Part shown: positions 12,770 to 29,713 of the stretch, piece after piece
How positions within the stretch are numbered: position 1 is the stretch's first letter
Layout of the letters: every line of letters starts with the position of its first letter
Assembly: GCF_006345805.1 (NCBI RefSeq)
Contig: NC_043000.1
Span: forward strand, 9,734,001-9,798,000
Direction of reading: 5' to 3'
Origin: Octopus sinensis
Taxonomy: Eukaryota
DNA: 64,000 nucleotides
Notes under the pieces: generated by a model
Database searches by the model: none
The model's input: the letters and a program-made list of their open reading frames with translations, nothing else
Told to the model about the DNA's origin: nothing
Position numbers and translations under genes: made by a program

Positions 12770-13380
12770 AAGGCGGCGAGCTGGCAGAAACATTAGCACG
12801 CCGGGCGAAATGCTAAGCGGTATTTTGTCTGCCGTTACGTTCTGAGTTCAAATTCCACCGAGGTCGACTTTGCCTTTCATCCTTTCGGGGTCGATTAAAT
12901 AAGTACCAGTTACGCACTGGGGTCGATATAATCGACTTAATCCGTTTGTCAGTCCTTGTTTGTCCTCTGTATTTAGCCCCTTGTGGGTAGTAAAGAAATA
13001 GGTATTTCCTCTTCTTTACGTTCTGAGTTCAAAATCCACCGAGGTCGACTTTGCCTTTCATCCTTTCTGGGTCGATAAATTAAGTACCAGTTGCGTACTG
13101 GGGTAGATCTAATTGACTGGCCTCCTCTCCAAAAATTTCGGACCTTGTGCCTAGAGTAGAAAAAAATATTTGCAAATATGAAGGCGGCGAGCTGGCAGAA
13201 TCGTTTGAACGCCCGGCAAAATGCTTAGTGGCATTTCGCACGTCTTCAGGTTCAAATTCCGACTTTGCCTTCCACCCCTTCGGGTTCAATGAAATAAATA
13301 CCAGTTGAACACTGGGATCGTTGTAATTGACTTAGCACCTCTCCCGAAATTACTGATCTTGTGCCAAAAATTCGAAACCA
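12770..13380 (+). mobile_element. SINE family N dimer (about 12770-13165) plus adjacent monomer (about 13181-13380)
   Basis: The first unit ends AAAGAAATA and joins GGTATTTCC. The second unit and the next monomer end in an alternative tail (CCTCTCC..AAATT...CTTGTGCC.A.A.T.GAAA). Confidence 0.85.
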
Positions 13381-15614
13381 TTATTACCAATAGCAGTAAG
13401 AAATCCAAATCTAGTAGCTAGCATGCTATTAATGTAGCTACAAAATATAGCTACTGATGCAAAAATAGACGACAGAAGATAGAGGAGAAATTTTAAAAGT
13501 CATGAAGAGAATTTTCTCGCCAACTCAAAATGTAGATTAATAAATCATGGAAAAATTAAGTTAAGTAGAGCCAGTAAAAGTAGTTTAAATTTCCATCGTT
13601 TTCAGCATTAAACAAATCTATTCTTTTCTAATTTGTAATAATAATTTATCATTTATTAACTGATTCTCTAACATAGATAAATGACTGAAATTTTATAGTT
13701 TTATAGAGTAGAGTTCTTCGCGTATGTAACTAAATTCATTTAATCTAAAGTCTTTATAATTCAGTGGAGGTTATAATATTCCAATTAGTGATTTCGAAAT
13801 TATTGTTATGCACATATCTTTGATACTTACGATAATTATTTTTTTTGACAGTTAATCGCAATGGCCAGAAATTGTTAATAATTAACTGTAATGGCCAGAA
13901 ATTGTTTTGCACAATGGGTCAGAAGTGTACGAGTTGGTAAGATCGTATAAATTAGACATACTTCGGAAGAATTTCCGATCTACAGACTTTGGTCTTTACT
14001 CTGATGGTGCAGATTCATTTTGTGAAGTATAAATGGCCACAGAAAGGATGCTATATGGGAGAAATTTATTAATATATTCAGAAGATTAGATAAAATTATT
14101 GCAGTAGATACGAATATCAGCATATTTAATTTTTTCATATAAATTAGGATTTAGATACTGGTAAATGCTGCCACTATAGTGAACACAAGTGTAAACTGCA
14201 GTACATCAATATATATTCTAATCAACCCACAGTGTTCCTAAAACCTTCATTAGTAACATAAGTAAGCATATTTTCAACAGATCTTCTGATAACTATTCCT
14301 GTAGCAATGATATTCATTATTTCATTGAAAGACAGTAACTTCAAAAATACAGAATAAGGAAAAATATATGTTTACGTAGAAACCGGAGACGAAATTGTAG
14401 TGTGATGGAGGAAGAAGACAACAGAAAAAAGAAGCAAACGGGAGAAAGAAATACAAAGACCTTACCTGTTGACCTGGGTGGGATGAGCGATCACTGTCAA
14501 GAAATAAACACGTCCTTGCACGCTGCTGTCTCTTCTCGAACTGCCCGCACGTGCTTCGTGTCCACGCATGCCCCGTGGCTGTTCTACAGGCCCCTGCAGT
14601 CTTCACTTCCGTCTACCTCATCTGCAATCCTCTCCACCAACATCACATAGCTCATCACAGCCCATAACACCACTAACACCACAGAAATATTGTATAGTAT
14701 AATGCACTTGTAGTTCAAATGATAGTTCTTATGTTGCAATCTTATACGTAAGCATTTCTGGTAGCTTATTGATCTTTAATAGAAATAACAGTCAAAGGAA
14801 TTATAGTTTTACCAAAATCTTCATTGCGACCGTTGCTAGTATGAAAAGAATCCGTTTCTGTATAAACACACATAACTTTCCTTCTATATGTAACTAGAAC
14901 ATTCTTAGTATCTTCTTTATCGGGTTAAGATCTCCTTTGTACATAAAAATGAAGTAAAAAAAAGTTATTTACGGCCTATTGAAAATCCTTTTAAAAGAGT
15001 CTCGCAAAGCATCTATATGTTCTAACACCCAGAAAAAGTACTGACACAGCTCAGTATACAAATACGTATGGAGCTAAAAGATTATAACATCAATAATTAT
15101 GAGACCAATTAATATATTGGAGAACATGTGTTCCTATTGTTAACTGCGCCAGAAAGTATTATCTTTGACTCTCGGTCAAATATAGCATTTTACTACAATC
15201 ACTTGCAGTTTAATAATTGCACAGACACACACACACACGCACATCATGTATGTTTGTGTGTATGTGTATGCATGTTATATATACATATATGTTGTATATA
15301 TGTTTATATATGTATACGGATATATACTTTTTGTGCGCGTATAAGCACACACACCCACCCATTCACACACACGCGCGCACATGCACACACATGCACACGT
15401 GCTTGTGTATATTCACACATATACATACTTATATGGTGACAGTCGACTCGTAATCAAACAAGACCACATCCGAAACACTGACGATGTCTCATTTGGTTTT
15501 CAAGGCTTGCAAGGGGACTTATGAATCATTCCACGCCGACTACAAGTCAGCTCTGCGGCAGCAGCCCGACCGTCTAGATGCCGAACAAACCCACTGTCCG
15601 ACCCACACGTTCTC

Positions 15615-15847
15615 ATTTCTTTACTACCCACAAGGGGCTAAACACAGAGGAGACAAACAAGGACAGACAAACGGATTAAGTCGATTATACCAACCGCAGT
15701 TGCGTAACTGGTACTTATTTAATCGACCTCGAAAGGATGAAAGGCAAAGTTGACCTCGGCGGAATATGAACTCAGAACGTAACAGCAGACGAAATACCGC
15801 TAAGTATTTCGCCCGGCGTGCTAACGATTCTGCCAGCTCACCGCCTT
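15615..15847 (-). mobile_element. SINE family N monomer
   Basis: Reverse complement of the full head, core and tail. Confidence 0.85.
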
Positions 15848-15879
15848 CTGTTAGACAACACACACCAGATATCATGCTA

Positions 15880-16300
15880 GATATCATATTGGTAGACGGG
15901 AGCCTCTCTGTGACCTCACTTGTGGCTGAGTAGGCTGCTTTTGAGGGAGCAGGACAACTACAATGGCTACACAAAAGAGACTCTTTTGTGCCCTTCTCAG
16001 GTAAAGGGTTCACATCCCTCATATATTTCCCAGCACGTTTCAAAGCAGTGTATGCAACCCCATACTTTAACACGAGTCGCGATCAGATCCCTCCACAGCT
16101 CCCTATCTGATACAAGAGCTTCCCTGGTGTTAGTATTGATATCGATCTTTTTATGTGTGTCTTCAAGACAGTCTTTGATACGCTTGCATAGCTTGCACTA
16201 GGGAGGTTTTACTTGCCCCGGATCACTGTGTAGTACTTGTTTTGGCATTCAGGAATTCTCTACACATACAAGATGACCAAACCATCTAAGTTGGTGTTTT
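15880..16300 (-). mobile_element. RTE-clade LINE C-terminal fragment, degenerate
   Basis: The minus strand reads ...KQVL...CKRIKDCLEDTHKKIDINTNTREALVSDRELWRDLI, resembling the RTE ORF C-terminus (KR.KD.L...DR..WR). Confidence 0.55.
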
Positions 16301-16349
16301 CATAATCATGGACACAATACATATATACATACATACATACATGCATACA

Positions 16350-16695
16350 TGAGACCCCCTGTGGTCATGACGGACCGTGGGATTGCACCTAGAAAGTTAT
16401 CCTCCCAGACACAAGTTCGGGCAAGGTTGTTTATGGAAGACCAGCAGTCGACCATGCATACCGGCCTCCCCATGCATACCGGCCTCCACGCCACCAGTGT
16501 TATCCAAGGGAAAGGCAAAAGCCGATACAGCTTGGCACCAGTGACGTCGCAACTCATTTTACAGCTGAGTGAACTGGAACAACGTGAAATAAAGTGTCTT
16601 GCTCAAGAGCACAACACGCAGCCCGGTCCGGGATTCGAACTCACAAACTCACGATCGTAAGCTCGACGCTCTAACCACTGAGCCATGCGCCTTCA
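16350..16695 (-). mobile_element. SINE family A variant
   Basis: tRNA-like head at about 16620-16695 (reverse of GAAGGCGCATGGCTCAGTGGTTAGAGCG...GAGTTCGAATCCC). The same body and tail occur at 29390-29713. Confidence 0.85.
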
Positions 16696-16759
16696 CAATA
16701 CATACATACATACATACATACATACATACATACATACATACATACATACATACATACAT

Positions 16760-17420
16760 AGAGCTGTCATAGTAATTTGGGATAGAGAAGAGAAACTGTG
16801 TGCAGCTTCCCAGCGGATGTTAACATAAAGCTGAAGATCAGCGAAAAAGAGAATACGTACGCTGAACTATTGAGAAATGTGCAATTACTCTACCCAGATT
16901 ACAAGTTCGGGTTTATACCTGTAATTACTGGAGTACTAGGATATGTAACACACTGCCTAAATACCAATCATGAGAAATTAGGCTTCTAAAAACGAGAAAG
17001 GAAGAAACTGATTCGAAAACTACAGATCCAGTCCGTAAATGGAACTGCAAAAATCTGTAAGACTTTCCAGAAGTTTATCATTTATGTATATATGAGAATA
17101 GTGGAGGCGCGTGGCTTAGTGGTTAGGGTGTCAGCACCATGATCGTAAGATTGTGGTTTCGATTCCTGGACCAGGCGACGCGTTGTGTTCTTGAACAAAA
17201 CACTTCATTTCACGTTGCTCCACTCCACTCAGCTGGCAAAAATGAGTGACGCTGAGATGGACTGGCGTCTCGTCCAGCTGGGGAACACATAAGCCAAAGA
17301 AACCGGGAAACCGGGCCCATGAGCCTGGCTAGGCTTTAAAAGGGCGCATTTATTTATTTTTTTATATGAGCGTGTCTAGACATGCAACTATATTCATGAG
17401 AATATATATATAAAACAAAA
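16760..17420 (+). mobile_element. R4/Dong-like non-LTR retrotransposon 3' end (restriction-like endonuclease) inserted in (CATA)n
   Basis: Reads RAVIVIWDREEKL/CSFPADVNIKLKISEKENTYAELLRNVQLLYPDYKFGFIPVITGVLG...RKLQIQSVNGTAKICKTF, matching the RLE pattern RPD.V.WD...P.D.NI..K..EK...Y..L...P+++G.LG. (CATA)n lies on both sides (16698-16760 and 17421-17478). Confidence 0.7.
17102..17360 (+). mobile_element. SINE family A nested in the R4/Dong 3' UTR
   Basis: GGAGGCGCGTGGCTTAGTGGTTAGGG...GGTTTCGATTCC head, with tail GGCTTTAAAAGGGCGCA(TTTA)n. TATATGAG occurs on both sides as a probable TSD. Confidence 0.85.
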
Positions 17421-18223
17421 CATACATACATACATACATACATACATACATACATACATACATACATACATACATACAATCGCTTACGCATGCTTATTAC
17501 GCATAAACACATTTATATCTAGATGTTAGCATGCACACAAACACGCAGATAATACATTATTAATTGATCAGTTTGTCAGTCTTTCACGACAGAATTCGTC
17601 CTATTCAATTACTTCTCCCTCCAGAAACTCACTGAAATGTCATTGACCAGACAACAGCTAGTAGTCGCACTACGATGTGTGTGTGTGTGTGTGTGTGTGT
17701 TGTGTGTGTGTGTCTACGTTTGTGTGTCTTCATACACGCGCGTGTCCTGATAAAGTGGGCGTCTGAAAGTAAAACAATATCTAATCCGGGGAAACATTTT
17801 CGGATTCAAGAAATCTTTGTATGAAATTGTATGACGTGTTTGTTTGTTTGTTTGCTTGTGTGTGTGTGTGTGTGCGCGCGCATATTTATGACCTAGTGGT
17901 TAGTGTGTTGCACTCACGATCGTGAGATTGTCGTTTCAATTCCCAGATCGGGCGGTGTGTTGGTTCTTGAGCAAAACTCTTCATTTCAGGTTGCTCTTTG
18001 ATTATTTCGACGTAAAAGAACTGTTGCTATGATCGAGCAGGTGAGTTCCACACCTGCGTTTTTTTACTGGTTCCCTCTTTTATCTCTTTTCCCCCGTTCT
18101 TTCTTCTCTTCCCTGGACTTTTCTTTGCATATCCGACGAAGGACGATGTCCAGAATATCTTACTTTTAGTCTACAAATTATTTCTATCTTATAGCTCTTT
18201 CCGTTTTTGAGCATAATATTAAC

Positions 18224-18655
18224 AGGAGTGGCTGTGTGGTAAGTAGCTTGCTTACGAACTATATGGTTCCGGGTTCAGTCCCACTGCATGGCACTTTGGG
18301 CAAGTGTCTTCTACTATAGCCTCGGGCCAACCAAAGCCTTGTGAGTGGATTTGGTAGACGGAAACTGAAAGAAGCCCGTCGTATGTATATGTAAATATAT
18401 ATATATATATGTGTGTATGTGTGTGTGTGTGTGTGTGTGTTTGTGTGTCTGTGTTTGTCCCCCAACGTCGCTTGACAACCGATGCTGGTGTGTTTATGTC
18501 CCCGTAACTTAGCGGTTCGGCAAAAGAGATCGATGGAATAAGTACTAGGCTTACAAAGAATAAGTCCTGGGGTCGATTTGCTCGACTAAAGGCGGTACTC
18601 CAGCATGGCCGCAGTCAAATGACTGAAACAAATAAAAGAGTAAAGGAGTAAGAGT
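18224..18655 (+). mobile_element. SINE family B, full length with internal (TA)n(TG)n microsatellite
   Basis: A box TGGCTGTGTGG, B-like GGTTCAGTCC, CTTTGGGCAAGTG, an internal microsatellite after GAAGCCCGTCG, and tail ATGACTGAAACAA.TAAAAGAGTAAA. Confidence 0.88.
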
Positions 18656-18709
18656 TCCTGGGACTTTAGTTGATTTTTTGTATTCGATTTTGTCTTTTGT
18701 TATTAATAT

Positions 18710-19225
18710 GCTATATATATATATAATATAATATATATATATATATAATATAATGTAAATATAATAGAATATAATATAATATAAATAATATAATATAATA
18801 TAATGTAATATATATAATATAATATAATATAATGTAATATAATATAAGATAATGATAATAAATATAATTAATATATATAATATAATATAATAATATAATT
18901 AATATAATAAATATATATAAATAATATAATATAATGTAATATAAATATAATATAATATAATAAATATTAAGTATAATAATAAATATAATATAATATAATA
19001 TAATATAAATAATATAATATAATATAATATAATATAAATAATGTTAATATAATGTAATATAATATATAATATATATTATATAAATATAATATAATATAAT
19101 ATAATATAATATAATTATAATGTAATATAATATAATATATATAATAATATAATATAATATAATGTAATAAAATATAATATAAATTAATATAATATAATAT
19201 AATATAATGTAATATAAATTATAAA
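18710..19225. repeat. Degenerate (ATATA)n AT-only low-complexity array
   Basis: Directly visible. Confidence 0.9.
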
Positions 19226-19875
19226 ACAAAACAGTCTTTGAATTGGATCAGAATACCCGTGTTCAGTTGACTGTTGGATGAAGACCTCAGCATGTTGACT
19301 CCGCCAACGTCAGTCTGATGTGGATGCCGTGAATTTGAACTTGAGATCATATTGGTCTGATAGACCTATTCCTGTCACATTGGCTCCACATGAACAGGGT
19401 GCAGTTTTTATATTTCTAGCCAGGCATAGCTAAGTCGATTACATCGATTCTCAATGTTAAATGGTATTTATTTTATCGACTTCAAAAGGATGAAAGGCAA
19501 AGTTGACCTTCGGCGAACTTTGAACCCAGAACGAAATATGCTAAACATTTCACCCGGTATGCTAGCGATTCTGTCAGCTGCCAGTTTTTGAATTATATAA
19601 ACAAAACCTTGTTTCGCTTTGTTTTCGACCTGCACTCTGTGACATAACCAATTGTGGATTCCAGCCAAAACATACGTGACCCGTATGTTTTGAGTTCATG
19701 TCACGGTTTCCCTTCAGTCATACGAGAAAACGCATGAAGTTCTAAATGCTGGTGACTCGTCGTGCAATTTGAACTTGAATACCACTGTATGTATGCATGT
19801 GTGCGTGTGTGCACGCGGGTATCAGTATCTATTTTTTTCTGTCAGCTCAGAGCTGCGGCCTTGCTGATGCACCGA

Positions 19876-20041
19876 GCACACACACACCATACACACACAC
19901 ACACACACCAAACACACACACACACACCATACACACACACACACACCATACACACCACACACACCATACACACACACCATACACACACACACACACCATA
20001 CACACACACACACACCATACACACACACACACACCATACAC

Positions 20042-20079
<38 letters not shown>

Positions 20080-20207
20080 GCACACACACACACACACGCA
20101 CATATGTATATATACATCTATATGTATGCGTATAAATACATAGATACATTCACACACGCACACATATACATAGATCATAAATATATATTTATCTGACTGT
20201 CTGCTTG

Positions 20208-20295
<88 letters not shown>

Positions 20296-20372
20296 CCTAT
20301 CTATCTATCTATCATCATCAATCAATCAATCTATCTATCTATCTATCATCTATCTATTATCTATCTATCTTA

Positions 20373-20407
<35 letters not shown>

Positions 20408-20423
20408 TATCTCTATCTATCTA
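19876..20423. repeat. (CA)n with periodic CCAT interruptions, then (ATCT)n
   Basis: Directly visible. Confidence 0.9.
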
Positions 20424-20948
20424 TTCCAATCAAGCATAAGGCGAAAGAATGTATCTGGTGGAGCGTCTGAAAGGATTGGAGACAAACACTTTCCTCTCTG
20501 GTCAATCTCTCATCAACTTCTTCAAGTACCACTTGAAAAGGAAAGTGAGAGTAGAGAGGAAAGTTTTGTCTAGCGAATGTTTTAAAAAAAGATGGGTGAA
20601 TGTAGCAAGAATGGCACGTATGAATGACGAAGCCACCTTGAGCATAGTCCTATGAACCCAGAAATCGAAACAGGGAGTTGCTTATTGCAAAAAAAAAAAA
20701 AAAAAGAAAAAAGAAATAATAAAATGTGACTTCATTGACCGAGGTTACCGTGGTCTTTTCCGTAGGCTTTTCTTTCCACGGGTAAACCTCACCGTCCTCC
20801 CTTTACACTTCATATTGACATTTCTGTGATAACGATCCCTATTGATCAATTTTTTTTTTTTTTTTTTTTTTCCTCTCCCCCTTTTTTAACCCCCCTTTTT
20901 TTGTCCTCTTTCTCTCCTTTTACGATCCCTTTTGATCGAAACTCCCCT

Positions 20949-20983
<35 letters not shown>

Positions 20984-21052
20984 CTCAAAAGAAAAGCTCT
21001 ACCTTGTAATTTGTTCTATCTGTGTGCAGCCCTGTGTGGCTAATAAAGAAAC
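20424..21052 (+). mobile_element. 5'-truncated Tx1/L1-like LINE 3' end inserted in (ATCT)n
   Basis: Reads [70 protein letters not shown] (stop 20653-20655). AK..IW..R is typical of the L1/Tx1 ORF2 end. The 3' end is the same as in the 11234 copy, and (ATCT)n lies on both sides. Confidence 0.72.
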
Positions 21053-24640
<3,588 letters not shown>

Positions 24641-24848
24641 ACAATAATGTTGAGGGCTACCGTACGAGTAAAATATAAGGAAAGAAAATCTGAAAAGGCA
24701 GGAGTCTTTTAGAAGTATCTATTAACTTTAGTTAAATACTTTTAAAAGACTCCTGTATATTCAGTTTCTTTTCCTTTTGGAATTTAACTGTCCTCTCTAG
24801 CGTGCAAGGAATCCTATGATGGATGCCTCTTGCGTGTTTAAATGTATA

Positions 24849-24924
<76 letters not shown>

Positions 24925-25486
24925 AATGAACACACTCATGAAAAGGAAGTAAATCAGTGTATGACATGCGTCCAAGGAAGATAACTCGAGTTGTCTTCAT
25001 ATAAATTACGTGTGAGTAAATAGTGGCAATCAGATATGATAACGGAGTAACATCATCTCTTGTTCCAACGAGTTGAACAGTGTATTTGATATACTACTAA
25101 ATGATGGTGACTCATTGTGTGTGCCTCGGTGTTATAGAAGAAGGATACTTTCGATAATGTAGTCCTGCATATCCCTAAAATGTTGAAATGACTACGGATG
25201 GTTGCAGCGAATTACATTGTGAGTCTGCTCGAACAAGACTGACTATGAGATAAAGAAAACAGTACTTTCCCATTTGTACTTGGTTCAATATTTTTTATTT
25301 ATTAAAGAATTAGCAAATAAACTTGATATTTGATTCAATTTCCTGTCTATTTACTTCTCCATGATGTTGTAAATGGTATTCTAAAAGTCTGTCGGGGGAA
25401 ATAGTTTCTGTACGTTCTTAAATAAAAAAAAAAGCTGGCTTTCGATAATAGGGAAGTGCCTGAAACATGTACATTGATATGATGTG

Positions 25487-25517
<31 letters not shown>

Positions 25518-26645
25518 TGTATGTATGTATGTATGTATGAATGTATGTATGTATGTATGTATGTATGTATGTATGTATGTATGTATGTATGTATGTATGT
25601 ATCTATGGGTGTATGATAGCTATAAATAAATATAGATATATACACATATATCCGCATGTATCTAAATGTGTATATGTATATATATATATAAATATGTATA
25701 TATATACTTATTGTATTATATTAAACTTTTTTAATATATTTTTGATAGTTACTTATTTAAAAAAAAAATAAATATTAAAAAATTAAAAGTTTAAAAATTT
25801 ATAAATTTAAAATTTAAAAATATAAAAAAATATAAAAATTTATAAATATAAATTAAAAATTTTTAATTTAAATAATTAATTTTATATTTTATGTATTTTG
25901 TATATTATATTAATTATATCTATTTTATATTTTGGTTTATGTGTTTCACTGTTTGATTAGTGGTTTTATCTCTAATTTAATTGATATATATATATATATA
26001 TATCTATCTATCTATATATATATATTATATATATATATATATATACATCAAGCCTAATTGTGTTTATCTACACCTCTTTCTCTGTATATGTGTGTGTGTG
26101 AGTGAATGTGTGTGTGTATGCGTGTGTGTGTGGTCTAGATGGTTGGGCGTTGTACCCATGATCGTAAGATTGTGGTTTCAATTCCTAGATCTGGTGATAC
26201 TTTGTGTTCTTGGGCAAAACACTTCATTTCACGTTGTTCAAGTCCACTCAACAAGTATAAATGAGTAATGCCGCGATACATCGGCGTCCCCATAACCCCC
26301 ACAGAATCAGGGAATCCAGCCATATGAGTCTATGATTCGAGAACGTGTGTGTGTGTGCGCGTGTGTGTATGTGTTTGTGCTTGTGTGTGTGTGTGTATGT
26401 GTGTGTGTCTATGTGTATGTGTGTTTGTGTTTCCCCACCCGGTTCTGCTTGACAACTGGTGTTGGTGTGTGTTCGTTCCTGTAACTTAGCGGTTCGGTGC
26501 ATGAGCTAATAGAATAAGTACCTTTAAAAACACTTACTGGGATCAATCACTACAACAAATGAGTTGTTGCAATAAAACATGGTGCATCAGATTATGAATG
26601 TTCTCATCACATCAGAGACCTGATCCGAATGCTTGTAACAAAGAA

Positions 26646-27196
26646 TTGGGTTGTCCGGAAAATTCGTGCCGATTTTTAAAGGAAAGAAAAAAATTAAATA
26701 CTTGCCATTACAATTTTAATCAACCAAATATGAATCATTTTGTTGCACAATACGTCTCCATCTTTCCTTTAACTTGAAAATACCCTCTTCCCAGAATTGA
26801 GGTGGTTTCATGGCAAATAATTCATCAAAGTATCTTTTTACGTCATGTAAGGAATTGAAATTTTTACCATTAAGACTATTCTGCAGAGACCTGAATAAGT
26901 GGTAATCCGAAGGAGCAATATCTAGTGAATATGGAGAGTGGGGTAACACATCCCAGCCGAACTGCAGCAATTTTTGTCTGGTTCCCAAAGCATCAAGTGC
27001 CGAAAATGAACTTTCTTATCTTCCATTTTAAAAGGTTACAGAATTAACTCAGATTATAGGAACATAAATCTTCTTCCACGAAAAGATAGCTTAAACTGTG
27101 CTCTAAATGGAGGTGTAGTCAAATTCTATTTTATGGACTCAACCATGTTGAAGGTTAAGCTGCTATAAATCGAAACGAATTTTCTGGACAACCCAA
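26646..27196 (-). mobile_element. Internally deleted mariner transposon with both TIRs
   Basis: TIRs TTGGGTTGTCCGGAAAATTCGTGCCGATTT (from 26646) and AAATCGAAACGAATTTTCTGGACAACCCAA (to 27196, followed by TA). The N-terminus MEDKKVHFRHLMLW (ATG 27026) is fused to the C-terminus GWDVLPHSPYSLDIAPSDYHLFRSLQNSL...GIFKLKERWRRIVQQNDSYLVD* (YSPDLAPSDY motif). Confidence 0.92.
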
Positions 27197-27869
27197 TAGA
27201 TTAAGTGCAGAAAGCACACGAGGACTAGTATCGTGGTTTGTGTGTCTGCCACCCAGTGCATCCATTAAGTTTACTGTCTCCGGCTCCTCTTTATTCAGCA
27301 AAACCCAAAGTGCCTCACCCGGAGCACACTGCTCTCTCACCTTCACTAGCTACGCAACTACCAAGGATGAGGTACTTGTGTTAAACCGGGTATCGTATTA
27401 ACTCTACCACCCAAGTACAGGTACAGTTCATTTGAAGGTTGTAGATGCTATCTACCCAAATTTAGCTAAAAAGCTTGAGTCGTCTCAAGCTATGGTTATA
27501 GTTTCTGTTCAGCCTGAGGTCGGCCCCTATCATGCAGAAGTATGATCACGTGGATTTTAGGCATGACCATCTTGTCCTGTTAGGTGCTTGTAGGATTAAA
27601 TTGTCTAATGTGTATTTTTCTTTTCTCCTTCCTTTTTTTTTTACGACAGTAGAATGTGATTTGAGGGCTGATTTCCTAGCGTGTTCGGGCGACCTTGTAG
27701 TTCCTTCTTCGTTCGATATGTCAGAAAATACGCGTGCAAGGGGATCGAAACCTGAATTAGGAAGTTGCAAAATAAGATTTTAAATTAAACGTCCATTCTT
27801 GCGCCCATGTTTATAAATGCGCAAAATAATTTGCATAAGTACCATGTATTATTAGATGCTTTACAATAT

Positions 27870-28183
27870 TTTTTTTTATGCGCCCTTTTCAAGCCTAGCC
27901 AGGCTCATGGGTCCGGTTTCCCGGTTTCTTTGGCGTATGTGTCCCCCCCCCCCCAGCTGGACGGGACGCCAGTCCATCTCAGCGTTACACAAGAAACAGG
28001 AAGAAAGAGTGAGAGAAATTTGGGGGCGAAAGAGTACAACAGGGGTCGCCACCATCCACTGCCTGAGCCTCGTGGTGCTTTAGGTGTTTTCGCTCAATAA
28101 ACACAGAACGCCCGGTCTGGGAATCGAAACCGCGATCCTCTGACCGCGAGTCCGCTGCCCTAACCACTGGGCCATTGCGCCTC
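27870..28183 (-). mobile_element. SINE family A
   Basis: Reverse of the GGAGGCGCAATGGCCCAGTGGTTAGGGCAGCGGACTCGCGG head. Confidence 0.85.
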
Positions 28184-28500
28184 CTTTACAATGTTTAGAA
28201 GTCATAAATTTCTCATAGACCTTTGTGCCATCTCAAATTGTAGAGAGGAGAAAAAAAGAAAAGGAATTAATTTTAAAGGAGGGGATTTGTTGGATTCCAA
28301 ATAGTTTTCATACAGTTTATAACAAAGCTCAATTAATTTTTTGCAATTATTCTTGTGATCGGCGTACATAAACTACATAAGGTGGCCGGTCACGTAGGTC
28401 AGATTTAAAAACGATCGAATCATCACACCATTAGAATTGTTGTGAGTCTATTTTGGGCTCTTTGAGCATAATTACCAGAAGACAAAAGTTTGAAGTTATA

Positions 28501-28747
28501 CTCTTTTACTCTTTTGCTTGTTTCAGTCTTGTGACTGTGGCCATGCTGGAGCACTGCATTTAGTCGAGTAAATCGACCCCAGGACTTATTCTTTGGAAGC
28601 CTAGTACTTATTCTATCGGTCTCTTTTGCCGAACCGCTAAGTTAACGTAAACACACCAGCATCGGTTGTCAAGCGATGTTGGGGGGACAAACACAGACAT
28701 ACAAACACATACACACACATACACACACACACACACACACATGCATA

Positions 28748-28833
<86 letters not shown>

Positions 28834-29005
28834 TACATATATACGACGGGCTTCTTTTAGTTTCCGTCTACGAAATCTACTCACAAGGCTTTGGTCAGCC
28901 CGAGACTATAGTAGAAGATACTTGCCCAAGGTTCCACGCAGTGGGACTGAACCCGGAACCATGTGGTTCGTAAGCAAGCTACTTACACACAGCCGCTCCT
29001 ACGCC
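28501..29005 (-). mobile_element. SINE family B, full length with expanded internal microsatellite
   Basis: Reverse-complement match to the 18224 copy. Confidence 0.88.
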
Positions 29006-29389
29006 TGCTCATCCTATAATTATCCTCTTTTAACCTATGGAACCTCTTTGATGAATTCTGTTGCAATTAAGGAATCCACTAAAGAAAGTTCATTTAGTGT
29101 AGTCACGAAATTTCGTATGATATTTTTTGGGGGTGATAATTCAACTAAAATTGAACCAGAGCCTACCAAGGGACCTTTATGTAGTTCCTGTCATTTTAAA
29201 ATAGCTTCCAAATTCTATCATATTGTGATCATATTGTCATCGTAAACCAGAGACACATTAGACTATGTAGTTATAGATTTAGGAAAGTACGTGATAGTTA
29301 CGGCCAGCATACCTTTGATTGTAGGTCTGCTGCCTAAGTTGGACTGATCTAGAGTTAAACGACAACCAGGAATGAAGTATAAATATTTC

Positions 29390-29713
29390 GAGACCCCCTT
29401 CGGTCATGACGGACCGTGGGATTACACCTAGAAAGTTACCTTCCCAGGCACAAGTCCGGGCAAGGTTGTTTTGGGAGATCAGCAGTCGCCCACGCATACC
29501 GGTCTCCCCTCTCCAGTGTTATCCAAGGGAAAAGTAACAGCCGATGCAGCTTGGCACCTGTGATGCAACTCATTTCTACAGCTGAGTGAACTGGAGCAAC
29601 GTGAAATAAAGTGTCTTGCTCAAGAACACATCACGCAGCCCGGTCCGGGATTCGAACTCACAACTTCACGATCGTAAGCTCGACGCTCTAACCACTGAGC
29701 CATACGCCTTCAC
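29390..29713 (-). mobile_element. SINE family A variant
   Basis: Same structure as 16350-16695. Confidence 0.85.
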
